Source: Podarcis gaigeae
Taxonomy: Eukaryota
Strand: one strand, 5' to 3'
Length of the DNA stretch: 64,000 bases
NCBI GenBank assembly: GCA_964106915.2
Contig: OZ066917.1
In this document: positions 52,234 to 64,000 of the stretch, piece by piece
Numbering within the stretch: the stretch's first letter is position 1
How the letters are laid out: the number at the start of each line of letters is the position of its first letter
Notes under the pieces: generated by a model
The model's input: the letters and a program-made list of their open reading frames with translations, nothing else
Databases searched by the model: none
Told to the model about the DNA's origin: nothing
Position numbers and translations under genes: made by a program

Positions 52234-55200
52234 TACTGTTCTTGCCTCACTCTATATCTGTGACATAGACGTGTGCTTCCCTGCAGAAGTATGTGTACTC
52301 TACCACCACATTTTTCAATAACACTAATGTAAGCGCTTCTTCTTTCTTGCTTACCATTTTCATGGCTTTATCATCAAATGAACCAATTTTTAAATAAAAA
52401 ATAAATGAGTCATAGTGTGTGTACACACAATCCTATGCACAGAAATATTCCCAGTTTCCTAGTTCTCAGATTCACATTGGAGTGGCTAGGTGTTCAAACA
52501 CAATGACACTGTGTTTCAAAGGCTGATAAAAAGGAAGGTGGACCTTCAGTGGAGATTGCAGACTAACAACTGTGCACAAATTGTACTTGCAGTTGATACC
52601 ATGTTCTTCCCATACTGTACAATAAAAATATTTTATGCCATTAGGAAATCAGCTTTGGGGAAGTATTGTTTAACCCAAAGAGAATGGATAACATGCACAA
52701 AGACAATCACACACACAACCTGCCTCAGAGATTAACTATTTACATAGCATGGACATTTCTATCTATTAATCTATTCCAGTTTAGCTGTAGTCTCTGAAAG
52801 AACCTCCAAAATTATATCGCAGTAAGGGAGTTGGCTTCCCCTACAGAACTACAGTTCTGATGGCTACATGAGGTGGGACAGGGCAGGGCAGGGGATGGAC
52901 GTGAATGAGAATTAAAATGTTTTCAATTCTGATACACCCTATGTTAAACCCAAAGATAAATGAAAAGGGGTGCATCTTCATCCCAACCCCCCAAGGCAAC
53001 AGCAGAGTGCCTACACTGGTAAAGTCAGGGATGTTTTTTGTTGTTGAGCTGTTTTTTTACAGCCCAGTCAGACTGAACTCTTTCTCCCAACTGCACTGGA
53101 AATTTTAAAAAGCCCTGTCAAATCATACACGTCTAACTGGCTTCACTGGGGCCCCATCCTACAGCCCAGTTCTCTTCTCTTCTTATACTTCTAAACTTCT
53201 ACTCCTATATTCTGTTGACACTTCCTGCCGGTGATCCTTCGATGAAGCAGCAAAAGTTGTACTTCCCAACTGTTACCTCATGGAATTCCTTACTTAATAC
53301 ATTCCTGAAATCCTGATTCAGAGCAAAATATAGAATACCGATAAGTTACACACATATATACACTACACAACCCCCACCCAACCAATGTAATACAAATTAG
53401 AAAATGCAGAACAAGGAAAGCAAATCTGGCTTTTTCTTAGAGGTCCATTATATTTTCCTAACATCAAAATTTAACTTTGCTCAGCTTCACTTGTACAACA
53501 TAGTAAGTATGGCTGCTTCACTTCTAACGAACAATAAAACCCACTTAAATACTAACCACTCATGCCTGACATCCCTATAAAAACAAAAATAATCCATTGT
53601 CAGCAGAATGTCCAAGGGCTTCTGTCACTCCACTCCTAGCATGAACCCTTCCTTGGCCAGGAGGGTTTTCGCTGCTCTACTTTCCTCATTAGAATGGAAT
53701 TTGTGTTAACTTCCATGTTCCATGACTTACTAATAGGATTGCTAGCAATTATTATACTGAAATGAAATCAGCACAAACTATTAGATCTGTTTAAACAAGT
53801 TAAAAATAAACCTTGATTAAATGTGCTTTTTAAAGAAACTGCTCATTAGGGCTGCAGGGCCTTCCGATAAATTGGTGTTTCATTAACATCAAAGAATGAA
53901 TCAAGTTTAAACTCACTTACCCAACAAGTTATGCTTTAAAAAAAAAACAAGTTTTAAACAGAATAACCTGGATTACAACAATCACAAATGAAAGATTTGA
54001 AATAGGCTCTATTTATACTTAAATACAGAAGGTACAGTAGCTTCAAATCAGGAGCCGCCTACTCATAAACCAAAGCAGACAGAAAACAATCCAAAATTCA
54101 CTAATGCAGCTTTCAAGTTTATGCCCATTTTAGGTAGTGAGATAATTTTAAAATATCGCATTGAGACTTCAGTCTGAGATATGTTAGACGTACCACAGAA
54201 GTATTAAGAAAACAAGCATAGATAATTATGTGTATTCTCCCCCCACATTTCCCTCTGCCTCTAAAGGGGAGGGGAGGGGGAAAGAAATAGGTTCTTGTGA
54301 AACACAGGCAGAACATGTATTTACATATTTAATTTTAAAAACCCAGAAGGGTGGGGAGTCAGTACAAAGCCTCTATGCTCTTCTTTCACCACTTCTGGAG
54401 ACTATCTGGAGGTGTGTTCAAACCTGCAACAGAACGCTTTCTTCTATTACAATAAAATGCAATCTAGAGGCTGACCTTCAAATTTCTGTCTCTGTTCCTC
54501 ACAGGCTTACCTGAAACTGATTCATGCATGCACTAACAGCATGTCTGCTGCCGGGTCAAGTTGCACCCATCTGAGTGAGTCCCCATGCAGCTGCAGTGAG
54601 ATTTGAAATTGGTTTCCTAGCTGAACTGCGTAAAAGTACAACCAGCAGCAATGGATATGGCTCCTTCTGATGCAAGCAAACAAGAAGGGATAAGGGGGAG
54701 TCACCTCCTATACTTGTAATAGCAATATACAGGAAGGTGTTACAGCAGGTGCAACTCATTATATGGGAGTGAGAAAAGGTGAACCTGCTATTAAAAAGAC
54801 AGAAGCCCACCACCTCAGATCCTTCCACTCCAGATGGGAATCTGATCCAAGGATTCCTGAAGCCTAACGTGAAATTGATTTTTGTGGGACAATGCTGAAG
54901 GTCAGTATGCAGTCTCCATATTAGCCGGCATAATCTTCCTTTCCAACTTAATACCTGGTTAGGAATTTATCATCATTTTTAACAGTCACCATCCCACTTG
55001 GCAAAATTCATCAGCTAGCTTAGTTCATAAAGTATTACTCATATAGTTCCAAGGCAACTTTGTGATGCACCAGCCTGGTTTGTGTGTCATGTTAAGACAA
55101 CCCATGGCTTAGCAAACACACAAGTGTGTGGGCTCCCAAAGAGAAGTTGTAGCTGCTTTACTCTTCCCTTGTTGTTCTGCTTTTCCACTGCAATGAGATA

Positions 55201-56670
55201 AACCATGGCTTGACTTAAGTGTCTCCTCCACACCCGGGATCATGGTTTAGTTTTCTCCTGCAGTACTAATAGTACTGCTAACGTACTATTAGCAGTAACC
55301 AAGTTGTGTACTACAGTTGACCGTGCATGCTTTGTCCCCGAGAGCTAAACCACAAGGCTGGAATTAGTTGGCACACTGAGCCAGGATATGGCTCGGCACT
55401 GCACAGCAGCAACGTGATTGGTAAGAAGCAAAGAGGCTGCAATCTTCTCTCCCCGAGCCCATGCATTCACACATAACCATGGTTTGGCTTAGTGTGACAT
55501 GTAGAATTGGCTAATATTTTATAGCTGAAGTTGTGAAAGGTCATTCAAAAACAGATTAGTAATAATCTATTAAAACAGATTGATTGCATTATGCTATAAA
55601 AGTAGATATATTTGTGGAAAGATTTCCTAGTTGTTCCCACCTATCACAGTGCTGAACAGAGCACACGGCAATTAGCAATGAAATTTGACATGTTCAAATA
55701 TGCTGATCCCTGCTATAGTTCACTTGCTACTTTCCCTTCAAGAGAAATATAAAAGTGCTTTCTAAAAGGGACAAACCTTTCCTTTAAGTAATTAATATCC
55801 CTTAATTAAATGCACCAAACCATAGACAATGCAGTCTTTATAAAGCCATGAGTATGGCTAAAGCAACAAAGAAACACTTTTGTTGAAGCATTTTAGTGTG
55901 TGTGTTTTGCACAGTTTTTTAAAGTTNNNNNNNNNNNNNNNNNNNNNNNNNNNNNNNNNNNNNNNNNNNNNNNNNNNNNNNNNNNNNNNNNNNNNNNNNN
56001 NNNNNNNNNNNNNNNNNNNNNNNNNNNNNNNNNNNNNNNNNNNNNNNNNNNNNNNNNNNNNNNNNNNNNNNNNNNNNNNNNNNNNNNNNNNNNNNNNNNN
56101 NNNNNNNNNNNNNNNNNNNNNNNNNNNNNNNNNNNNNNNNNNNNNNNNNNNNNNNNNNNNNNNNNNNNNNNNNNNNNNNNNNNNNNNNNNNNNNNNNNNN
56201 NNNNNNNNNNNNNNNNNNNNNNNNNNNNNNNNNNNNNNNNNNNNNNNNNNNNNNNNNNNNNNNNNNNNNNNNNNNNNNNNNNNNTCATAAAAATCTCTAA
56301 AGTTACAATATTCCTTTGTCTGATGCTGCCATTGAAACCATTCCTTGAAAGGTTTCTCTATTGTATACATGCAAAAAGTTTGCTCTAAATAACACAACAG
56401 CTATATTCATGGGAATGTTACGCTAAACACAGATGTTTAATGGATTCCTATATGCACACACAGAGAGATATACAGAGAGAGAGTTTAATGTTATTCTGCC
56501 TGCCCAAAATATAATACTGTTTGATGAAATACTCCACTGTAACTTGCAGTAACCAAATATATTGTAATAAACTGTGAACCTGAAGAATGTTTTTCTGCTT
56601 TATTACGTTGAATTGCTTACATACAAGTAGCCTAAAGTACTAAAGGCAGCACAACAAGCTCTGGTATCTT

Positions 56671-56745
56671 AACATTTTATATGTTGATATACCAGATGAA
56701 TTCTATCAACATTTTATATGTTGATATACCAGATGAATTCATCAA
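56671..56745. repeat. Local tandem duplication (period 37)
   Basis: AACATTTTATATGTTGATATACCAGATGAATTC at 56671 and 56708. Confidence 0.9.
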
Positions 56746-58781
56746 ATAATGCATAATTACAGTATATTGGATATAATTATATGGGTGTTCTTTGAGAGAA
56801 AGAAGAAATATGTACAACTCACTCTCACTTTTGTCACTGCATGTTGTTAATTACTTCATAGTCCAGCCTACTTTGAAGGGTTGGTTGCAAGCATAAGATG
56901 ATGTGAGCCAACCCAGACTTCCCCTCGAATTCTTTGAGGAAAGCCAGGATGTCAATAAAATAAATTAATCACATCCCAAAGCATACTATTCTTTTCATCC
57001 AAAGCACATTTTAATACTTCTGTTTTTTTCTCTTTGATACTTACAGCTAAATGCACTATTGTGTATGTTGTCAAGTTAAGTACAAACTGAAATGGAATTA
57101 TATGTGCTTTTAAAAATTCCCAGATGAGCCACTTGCTCAATTATTAGTTTAATTTCTTACAAGAATGCTAAAATATTGACTCTCTTGAACTTTCATTTTG
57201 ACTTAAAAGAAAACAAAAATATTTAGCAATTGCAAATTTTACAAAACTATCTTTTCTTCTTCAGCATTTCCTAATGTTTGGCCTCAAGCCCTTTAATCTA
57301 GTCCATCTGTAATGATCTCATAGTACTTTCAACCATTATTTAACTGTAAGAAAAAAAATATGTTGCACTATATGTTTCAACAATAAAATCCCTTCTTAAG
57401 CTTCACAAAGCAGAACAATTCATTATTTGATCTCTTTCCAGGTTCAAAGTCTGTCTTATTGCAGTACTTCAAAGAAATCTGTAATCAAAGACAAACAGCT
57501 GTGAAAACAATCTTTTATTACTTTATTATCATCTAGTATATATCTTTAGGGTAAACCAATGAAAATGTTACACAAATAACACACACAAATCTTTCCTTTT
57601 TTTCTAAATAGCTATTAACTATAAATAGAGTCTACTATCTTTATCTAGGGCCCCAGCCAAAGGATGGTGCAGAGTCTCAGCCTAGCACCCTACAGAAATA
57701 TTTCAGCTCAGTCCGTGCAGAATGGATTTTTTTACTCTACAGTTGAATGTTATGCACAGTTTTATACAAATGCCTAATACATTTGACACCAGCAGGTTAG
57801 CTCAGATGCATTCAAACTGGTCTTTTGGCTGCAACATTAACAGAATCTATCACACCAAGGAAGGTATTGCCATTTTAGCAATATGGGGGCAGGGGAGGCC
57901 ACTAAAGTTCTATTCTTCCAGACAGTCACAATTACAATTCAAACAGATGCAATTCAAACACAGTTTTTTTTAAAATAAAATACTTGGTGATGATGAAGAA
58001 GAAATATGCAAACACTGAAATACGGGAAAGAATGGATCATTATTTTTCTGAGACTCAGGAGTGTCAGAGCATAGGGAACCTCTGGCACACAGGCCCACTT
58101 ATACCCAACAGAGTTTTTAATTTGGCCCTGGAGATGCTGTTTTCACCAAGCCACACCTGACAACGTATGACATTACGTGTGAGCTGTACAAAGACTTGGA
58201 TGCAAAGGAAAAACTGGAAGCCTTATAGTGTGCTCCAGATTGTTCCTTGCCAGATTAGGCTTGTGTTCACCACTTTCCAAATCTGGCATCAAATGCAAGC
58301 CCCGCTGGGATTGGCTACATTCTAGTGTCCCCTATCTGAGCTCCTAAGTAGAGCCAATCCCTTCTGAAAGTTGGACATGTAGTCACTGCTCGCTGGTGCA
58401 GCTGATTCCTGCCAAAATATGTATTTGTAATGCTATCCCATGGTTGAAGCTGGAAATGGAACTGACGAAGGAATTCTCACAAGAGAATGGAGTATATCAG
58501 CGTTCAGGGTGCTCCCAATCAGCATTCAGTACGTTAGCATTCTGCGAAAGGCACGGTCAGTATAGATCATGCACTTGCGCAGGTTCAAAATAGTATGCAC
58601 TGTTTCTCACCTGCATGGCTCTTCATCAAAAGGAGTCTAGAAAGTGGATGCTGTTACTGATCTCTGGTGCCAGCCATCGTCTAAAATGGGCCAGTATGTT
58701 TGAAACAAAACGTTTCAAACTTTGGTAATACAGTACTGTTTATTGAGTAGCAGGAGGCAGAAATATATACACACAGAGAGA

Positions 58782-59012
58782 GAGTCATACCTCGGGTTGA
58801 ATGCGCTTCCGGCTGAGCACGTTCGAGTTGCGCTCCGCAGCGACCCAGAAGTAAAGGAGTGCGTTACTTCCGGGTTTTGCCGCTTGCGCATGCGCAGATG
58901 CTCAAAATGACGTCACGCGCATGCGCAGAAGCGGCGAAAAGTGACACGTGCGTACGCAGACGTGCCATCACTAGTTACGTTTGCTTCTAGATACGAATGG
59001 AGCTCCGGAACG
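58782..59012. mobile_element. Truncated Tigger-like MITE related to 346-507
   Basis: AGTCATACCTCGGGTT start; shares GCATGCGCAGAAGCGG and GCTCCGGAACG with 346-507; right TIR missing. Confidence 0.6.
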
Positions 59013-60093
59013 TTGCTATCATCTAAGTAAACAACCTTCCCCAGCTGGGTGCTGCTTGTGGCTAACGAAAGTTTTCATTCAAAACACCTAGACAGCATCC
59101 GGTTTGCAAAGCCTACAAGAGAGGGTAAATGCTGGACCCTACTTTAAAAAGTTGTAGCAACTTTTAAGTAACAGAATGCCCCCAAGAACAACGCTGGGTC
59201 GTGACATAACATCATCCGCATGGTCACTGACAAGGCGGAAAAATTGTTGCCCCCGTGTTCCACGTGTGCAGTTGTGACTATTGGGGCAGCACCTTTTCTT
59301 CACTAAAGTTCTCCACGGAATGTTGATGGATTACTGTAGGCTCAACACAACTAGAATCTAAAGATAGTATTTAACATGCTGATAACATTAGCCCTTATAA
59401 AGTGCTAACTCTTCAAAAGCACGCCAGTAGTCTACAACTGCACATTTTCTGTTCACAGAGCAAAATGACGTTCCTATCAAAACCAGTTTGTGTTACAAAC
59501 TAAACTATGAAAAAAGGCCTGCGTGCAATGCAGGTTTCTATACGTCTCTTGCAAGCTAAAGCCCTAATCATTTTTCATTGCATCATGTCAGAGGTTCTAA
59601 GTACAAAAGGGAAAAATACCTGTCACTCCAGATTTTAACCATCACTTACATGTCTTTAATTTACTTCTCAGGGTCTCTGGCAGAGGTTGCCTTTAATGGG
59701 GAAAATGTTTTTCTTTATGAGCCTAACCTATACATAGTTCCAAGGAGCTGGTTTAAATTCAGTGTTTATAATGTAACAGACACATTGATTTATACACAAC
59801 TCTTGTCCATTCCCATTTTCACCCAAAGGAGGCTTAACTTCATGCAGTGTCAAGCACTTCAGTGATTCTTAAGCAGTACAGCCACCACCATCAGCTGTTT
59901 GTGTGAATTAGGCTTTAGTAACCAATTCGTGAGCGACAATTCTATATACCAAAGTTTAAACAAGGAAATTCTGTCCTGACCATATTTCTACCAGTTTTGC
60001 TTTGCCAAGCTCAATGTTTTTCATCAAGACACCCTTAATCCTGGGAAATTGCTGGCTTACCATGAATGATCAGTCCTGGACAACATACAGTAA

Positions 60094-60448
60094 GGTAAAA
60101 AGGTAAAGGGACCCCTAACCATTAGGTCCAGTCGTGACCGACTCTGGGGTTGCGGCGCTCATCTCGTTTTATTGGCCGAGGGAGCCGGCGTACAGCTTCC
60201 GGGTCATGTGGCCAGCATGACTAAGCCGCTTCTGGTGAACCAGAGCAGCGCATGGAAACGCCATTTACCTTCCCACCGGAGCGGTACCTATTTATCTACT
60301 TGAACTTTAACGTGTTTTCGAACTGCTAGGTTGGCAGGAGCAGGGACTGAGCAATGGAAGCTCACCCCATTGCGGGGATTCGAACCGCCGACCTTCTGAT
60401 CGGCAAGTCCTAGGCTCTGTGGTTTAACCCACAGCACCACCCGCGTCC
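60094..60448 (-). mobile_element. Sauria SINE (Squam1), full length
   Basis: Reverse complement of the 27947 copy; perfect 14-bp TSD ACAACATACAGTAA (60080-60093, 60449-60462). Confidence 0.96.
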
Positions 60449-61999
60449 ACAACATACAGTAAACATGGGTGCAAAAAGAAAGACCCATTCCTGGAGTAAG
60501 CAGGTCTGACCAGTTACATGAGCCTTAGTCACTTGCAGATTAGATTCCTGCAACATATTCTACATTGGGCTTGAAAGGAGTTTGGAAACCACAGCTATGG
60601 CAAGAATGAATTCTGACGTCTGCTTTTCTGACCTTATCACACTATCTTGTTAAATTGCTTGTGATTTGCTTTTGGTCCCAATTCAAGGTGCTGGGTTGAG
60701 ACTACATAAGGAGGACAGCCTCCTCCCACATGAACCTAGCTACCAGCTTTAACAGAAGCCTTGGTTACTACTCCTGGTTTGCTTGGAGCGAGACAAAGGA
60801 CAAGCTTGGGTTCAGATGTAACAGTAGACCAAAGCATAACTTGGTTCCTGGTAGCATGGCAGCAGTGGGGAACGAGCTAAGTGGCCACAATTTTCTCACG
60901 GCACCAACACCCCTACTTGTTCATCCTAAACCATAGTTTCACATTACATGTAAAACAGGTCACAGAACCATCTCAAATCTGCTGTGATGTGAATGCTACC
61001 TACTTGGCAGTCAAAAATAACTGTTCTCAGAGCAACTTAGAGGCAGCATCACAGTTCAAGGGATCAGAGACTTAGACTCTTCTTTTATCCAAATCACTTT
61101 CAACGGTGTGTTCCACTAAGTTGGAGTCCTATCCATCTTACCTGGTGAAAGTCATCTGGGAAAATTTGTATCCTTATCTGGCTGAAATCGGAACATCTTC
61201 TCAGGTGACAGCTCAAATCTGCTGTCAAAAATAAATCAAAACCTGAGTTGACTTTCACTAATCACATCATTTCCTGCCTTTCATTTGTGAAGAACCTGGC
61301 TGCTGTGCAAGTCAGACGAACCTGAGTGTTACTGGCTTTCTCAAGCCATGTGTGCCTGGTTTTCAATATGGACAGTGCACCAATAATGTATTTGTGACTC
61401 TTGCTGACAGTCTTTGCTGAGAGACTAATAGCCATAAGTACCTTGGCTGTAACAGATATTTTTGTGGGCTCTCCAATACATTTCATCGTTAAGACGAAAA
61501 GGTCTAGCTGGAAGACCAAGCACGTTTTATAGGATTGCTGCCCAAGGTGAACATGGTGTTTTTTTCCGTGGTCTATCTTGCCCATTCATTCACCCACCGA
61601 ACTTTGTGTGTATATGAAGATGCTGGGCAACATCTTACAATGGCCCTAGCATTCATTGCTGATAGAACCCAGATCTCTCACGTTCATCCAAATCTGGAGC
61701 CTGCCTGCTGCTGTGTCTATGCTTATCCAGCAAATGAACATGTTTGAGAACGGCAATCTTGTAAACGGAAAAGAAGATATAATCTTAAATAATTGATGTT
61801 TTGCTGTTCCTGGTAATATAAGTTTATAGACTAGGAGTGGCCCTGGACCCATTGTTGTATTCTCAGGCAGCAGATGTGATAACTAGCAATTTTCATCAAT
61901 GACACGTGGATCAAAAGCTATAACCCTTTCTAAACTTCAATACGACAATAGAATGTATTTCATGACTGGTATGCTAAGACCTACTTTTAAGTGTACCCA

Positions 62000-62524
62000 A
62001 TAAGAAACAAAAACAGCACAGGCCTAGCAATCTCAACTCTTCCCAGTACATCTTAGTCCAATGAGGGAGTTGCAAGGAAAGAAGGTCCCCGCCCTCCCAA
62101 ACTGCCTAAGTCCCCTCCTCTCCAAGGTTTCTTCCAAGCAATCAGACTGTGTCTGTGCACTACCAATCTCTCCCCTGCTCTTTTCATTTCTCTTCATGTT
62201 CTGGGAGACCAGGGGGGAGGGGAACTGGCCACAGCAGGAGAGGGAGACTCCCTGGACTCTTCAGCAGCTGACCTCATCTCTGTCTCCTGGTCCTCCTCTT
62301 CTCCAGCCTCTGAATCAGGACCTCTCTGCCCCAGCTGCTGCTTCTCACTAAACCCTGTTGTTTCTTCAGCTTCTGACAAATCCTCTTCCCAGTCTGCTCT
62401 CTCTTCTCCCTCTGACCACTTATCATCATTCCACCATTGGTCCCCTAGCTTCTCCTGGGGGTTCCCTTGAGGTTCCCCAGATTGTGCCTCCTACCAATCC
62501 TCTGCATCCAACCAGTCCATGACA
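62000..62524 (-). mobile_element. Possible solo LTR
   Basis: Minus strand begins TGTCATGGACTGGTTGGATGCAGAGG and is purine-rich, like recalled lizard LTRs; other end and TSD not located. Confidence 0.35.
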
Positions 62525-62759
62525 TACAATCCTGCCAGGTATAAAAAAACTGCTTTCTAAAGGTTCAGCTGGTGTGAAGCCATTTTGGACAGAGAGCAAA
62601 AGTCTTTTGGATGCACATAACTAGTGGTGTGGTTCTTTGGACCAATGGACATACTTGCAGCTGGGTGAGGTCTTATGATTTTTTTTTTCACGGTGTGAGA
62701 ATTATCCTCTAGTTTTATAACTTGTACCTATGTTTTAGATAGTTACACAGAGGCTTAGC

Positions 62760-63035
62760 TAACACATTACATTAAACCATAGTTAAAATTAACTATATGC
62801 AGGAGCAGTCTGTTCATGCACATGACTCAAATATCCACATTTTGTTCTTCCCCTTTTGTTTCTGCTTGTGGTTTGTTTGATGAGAACAAACCATGGGCCT
62901 AGGTTTTCAGAAAATATTAAGCCAGATTCTGGTTTTCTTCTTAGTGAATCATGGACTTCTGAACAGCACACACTAGTTCTTTTATATCAAGCCATAGTTT
63001 ATTTTAACTATGGTTCTATGTAACATGTGAACCAG
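62760..63035. repeat. Imperfect palindromic element (AAACCATGG/AACCATAGTT motifs), probable old DNA transposon; similar motifs at ~55075-55500
   Basis: TTACATTAAACCATAGTTAAAAT ... ATTTTAACTATGGTTCTATGTAA inverted arms. Confidence 0.5.
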
Positions 63036-64000
63036 GCCCAAGTGTGTGCAGTACAACTCTGCAGCCTTACACACAACTTGAAAAGCCACTTTTGAAATAA
63101 GTTACAGGCGAAGGGTGTTCAACACAAAGTCTTCTGGGAAACTAATGAACTTCCCTTCATAAGTATCCTTTTATTTGTTTATCTTAAATATTTCTGATGT
63201 GTCTTTCCACTAAAAAGTTTTCAATGTAATTTACAAGTTCAAGAACCAACTGAAACAATATTTATAGGGCAATACAAAATAATCACAACCAAAAAGAAAG
63301 CTATACAAGATACACAGACAAGAAAACCCCGAAGATTAAAATATTTGGTAAGCCAAAGGCTTGCCAAAAGGGAAAGTCTTTGGGTAGCAGAACAAGACCA
63401 TTAGAAAATGGGCAAGTCTGGCCCCACGGGGCAGAAAACCAATCAGGATTTAGGAACATGATAAGGCCCATAACTATCAAACTCTCAGTTGTTAGTAGAA
63501 TGCTGCTAGGAAGCTCTCTAGAACTATCTCTTTTTGTCCTGAAGGCTTCATTTTTGTTGGCCTACCCTGCTAGGGCCACATGCCAGTGAAGGGCATGAAC
63601 AAGCAAAAGTGGGCATCACCAAGGCTGGAATGGTTGGCATGCATCCGCTGCCTCTTGCATCCACACTGGCAGGCATACAAACAGGAAGACATGTATATAC
63701 AGCAACAGAGAGAACAGAAGAGCATGTTGAATCAGGCAAATGACCCATCTAATCTATCATTCTGTTCTCACAGTGGCCAAGCAGAAATATACCCCATACT
63801 CCTCTGCAGGTGGGGGGGGGGCGGTCTCTTGCCCTTCACTGCACAGTGCTGGAAGGAAAGCTTAAAACTCATGACCATAATTTTGAACTGAGTGCAGAAA
63901 CAGACAGGTCATTACTGTATTTTTCTATCTACTTAGGGTGTACCTATGTTGGGATTAAAAAATTAAAAATACAAGAGCACTTTATTATATACCTACCAAG

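Noticed and set aside
54510-54790. Minus-strand exon candidate with AG/GT ends (also ~58611-58681)
   Set aside because: No frame is open across the segment and there is no recognisable peptide.

Overview
This is eukaryotic, AT-rich, repeat-dense vertebrate DNA. The repeat set (Sauria/Squam1 SINEs with (TTTACC)n tails, BovB, CR1 with (ATTCTATG)n tails, L2, Tc1/mariner and hAT MITEs) points to a squamate, probably a lacertid lizard (inference). The only long, credible coding region is the uninterrupted ORF (APE endonuclease + reverse transcriptase) of a full-length ~3.2-kb BovB RTE LINE on the minus strand (1595-4820), bounded by a perfect 12-bp target-site duplication. The rest looks intronic or intergenic: LINE fragments, SINEs, non-autonomous DNA transposons (two with internal 154-bp and 160-bp tandem arrays, one also packed with GC-rich hairpins), microsatellites and six N-runs of 140-358 bp. 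I could not identify a host gene; a few splice-site-bounded candidates exist but none encodes a peptide I recognise. I see no evidence for a wholly new biological system. The best leads are the apparently intact, possibly active BovB together with its SINE partners, the hairpin/tandem-array MITE, and a CR1 copy carrying an inversion-duplication. Family names come from motif recall, not database searches, and boundaries of old elements are approximate.
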